Of a stretch of DNA of 64,000 nt, positions 63,417 to 64,000 are shown piece by piece. Position 1 is the stretch's first letter, and each line of letters starts with the position of its first letter. The stretch comes from Octopus sinensis. Its lineage: Eukaryota. The DNA lies in the NCBI RefSeq assembly GCF_006345805.1, contig NC_043021.1, positions 15,376,001 to 15,440,000 on the forward strand, written 5' to 3'. The notes beneath the pieces are model-generated. The model searched no databases, was not told the origin of the DNA, and saw only the letters and a list, made by a program, of their open reading frames with translations. The translations under genes and the position numbers were made by a program.

Positions 63417-64000
63417 TAAACGCACACACACACACATGCACACACACACGTAGATATAATAGGCAGAAGTGTGGGTGTGTGGTAAGAACCTTACTTCCCA
63501 AACCACATGGTTCTGGGTTCAGTCCTACTGCATGGCACCTTGGGCAATTGTCTTCTGCTATAGCATAGCCTTGGGCCAACCAAAGCCTTGTGGATGGATT
63601 TGGTAGATGGAAACTGAAGGAAGTCTGTTGTGTGTGTGTGTATATATATATATAGAGAGAGAGATATATATTATTTTGGTCAAGTCAGTCTTGTTACTCT
63701 GAGCTGCACCTGTAAGTGCACAGGATGTCCAAGCAAATTACGGCTTATAACTTTCACCTGTCCACCTACAGATGAAACCCAAAACAACGAAAGACTGATT
63801 TGACCAAAATGATAAAAATATTATTTATAAGTACTCTGTTTTTTCTTTTTTGATAGTGAATGCTAAATGTGAGTGCATTGTTGCCAGTGCCGCCTGACTG
63901 GCTCCCCGTGCCAGCATCATGCAAAAAGCACCATCTGAACGTGTCTCATGCCGGTATCACATAACTGGTTCCCATGCCGGTGGCATGTAAAAAGCACCCA

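Noticed and set aside
331-63579. Most ORFs in the supplied track (YI/HT/CV/LS-rich, up to 302 aa)
   Set aside because: Translations of dinucleotide microsatellites or SINE bodies; no codon diversity, domains or splice context.

Overview
Eukaryotic, AT-rich, microsatellite-saturated non-coding DNA (intronic or intergenic). It is most likely from an octopus (coleoid cephalopod), judged from my recall of the recurring tRNA-derived SINE families; I ran no database search. I recognise no host protein-coding gene, rRNA, tRNA gene or CRISPR array, and almost all ORFs in the supplied track are translations of (TA)n/(CA)n/(TG)n tracts or SINE bodies. The only protein-like sequences I recognise are RTE-type LINE ORF2 C-terminal fragments (6755-7010, 19480-19760, 23209-23497, 50961-51320). 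The rest is a mosaic of several SINE families (working labels A-F, mine), a non-autonomous Helitron, piggyBac-, hAT- and Tc1/mariner-type MITEs with readable TSDs, a ~440-bp fold-back element, two near-identical tandem duplications and an inverted templated insertion. Best leads: (1) hammerhead-ribozyme-like cores inside two repeat families, one a TSD-flanked SINE with a Pol III B box; (2) a candidate recursive splice site with a downstream cryptic donor at 50249; (3) a two-template inverted insertion at 55.5 kb; (4) a satellite built from an internally deleted SINE at 1.7-2.3 kb; (5) several long intramolecular dsRNA formers, relevant to cephalopod A-to-I editing. Edges of degenerate SINEs and microsatellites are approximate; TSD and TIR coordinates were counted base by base.
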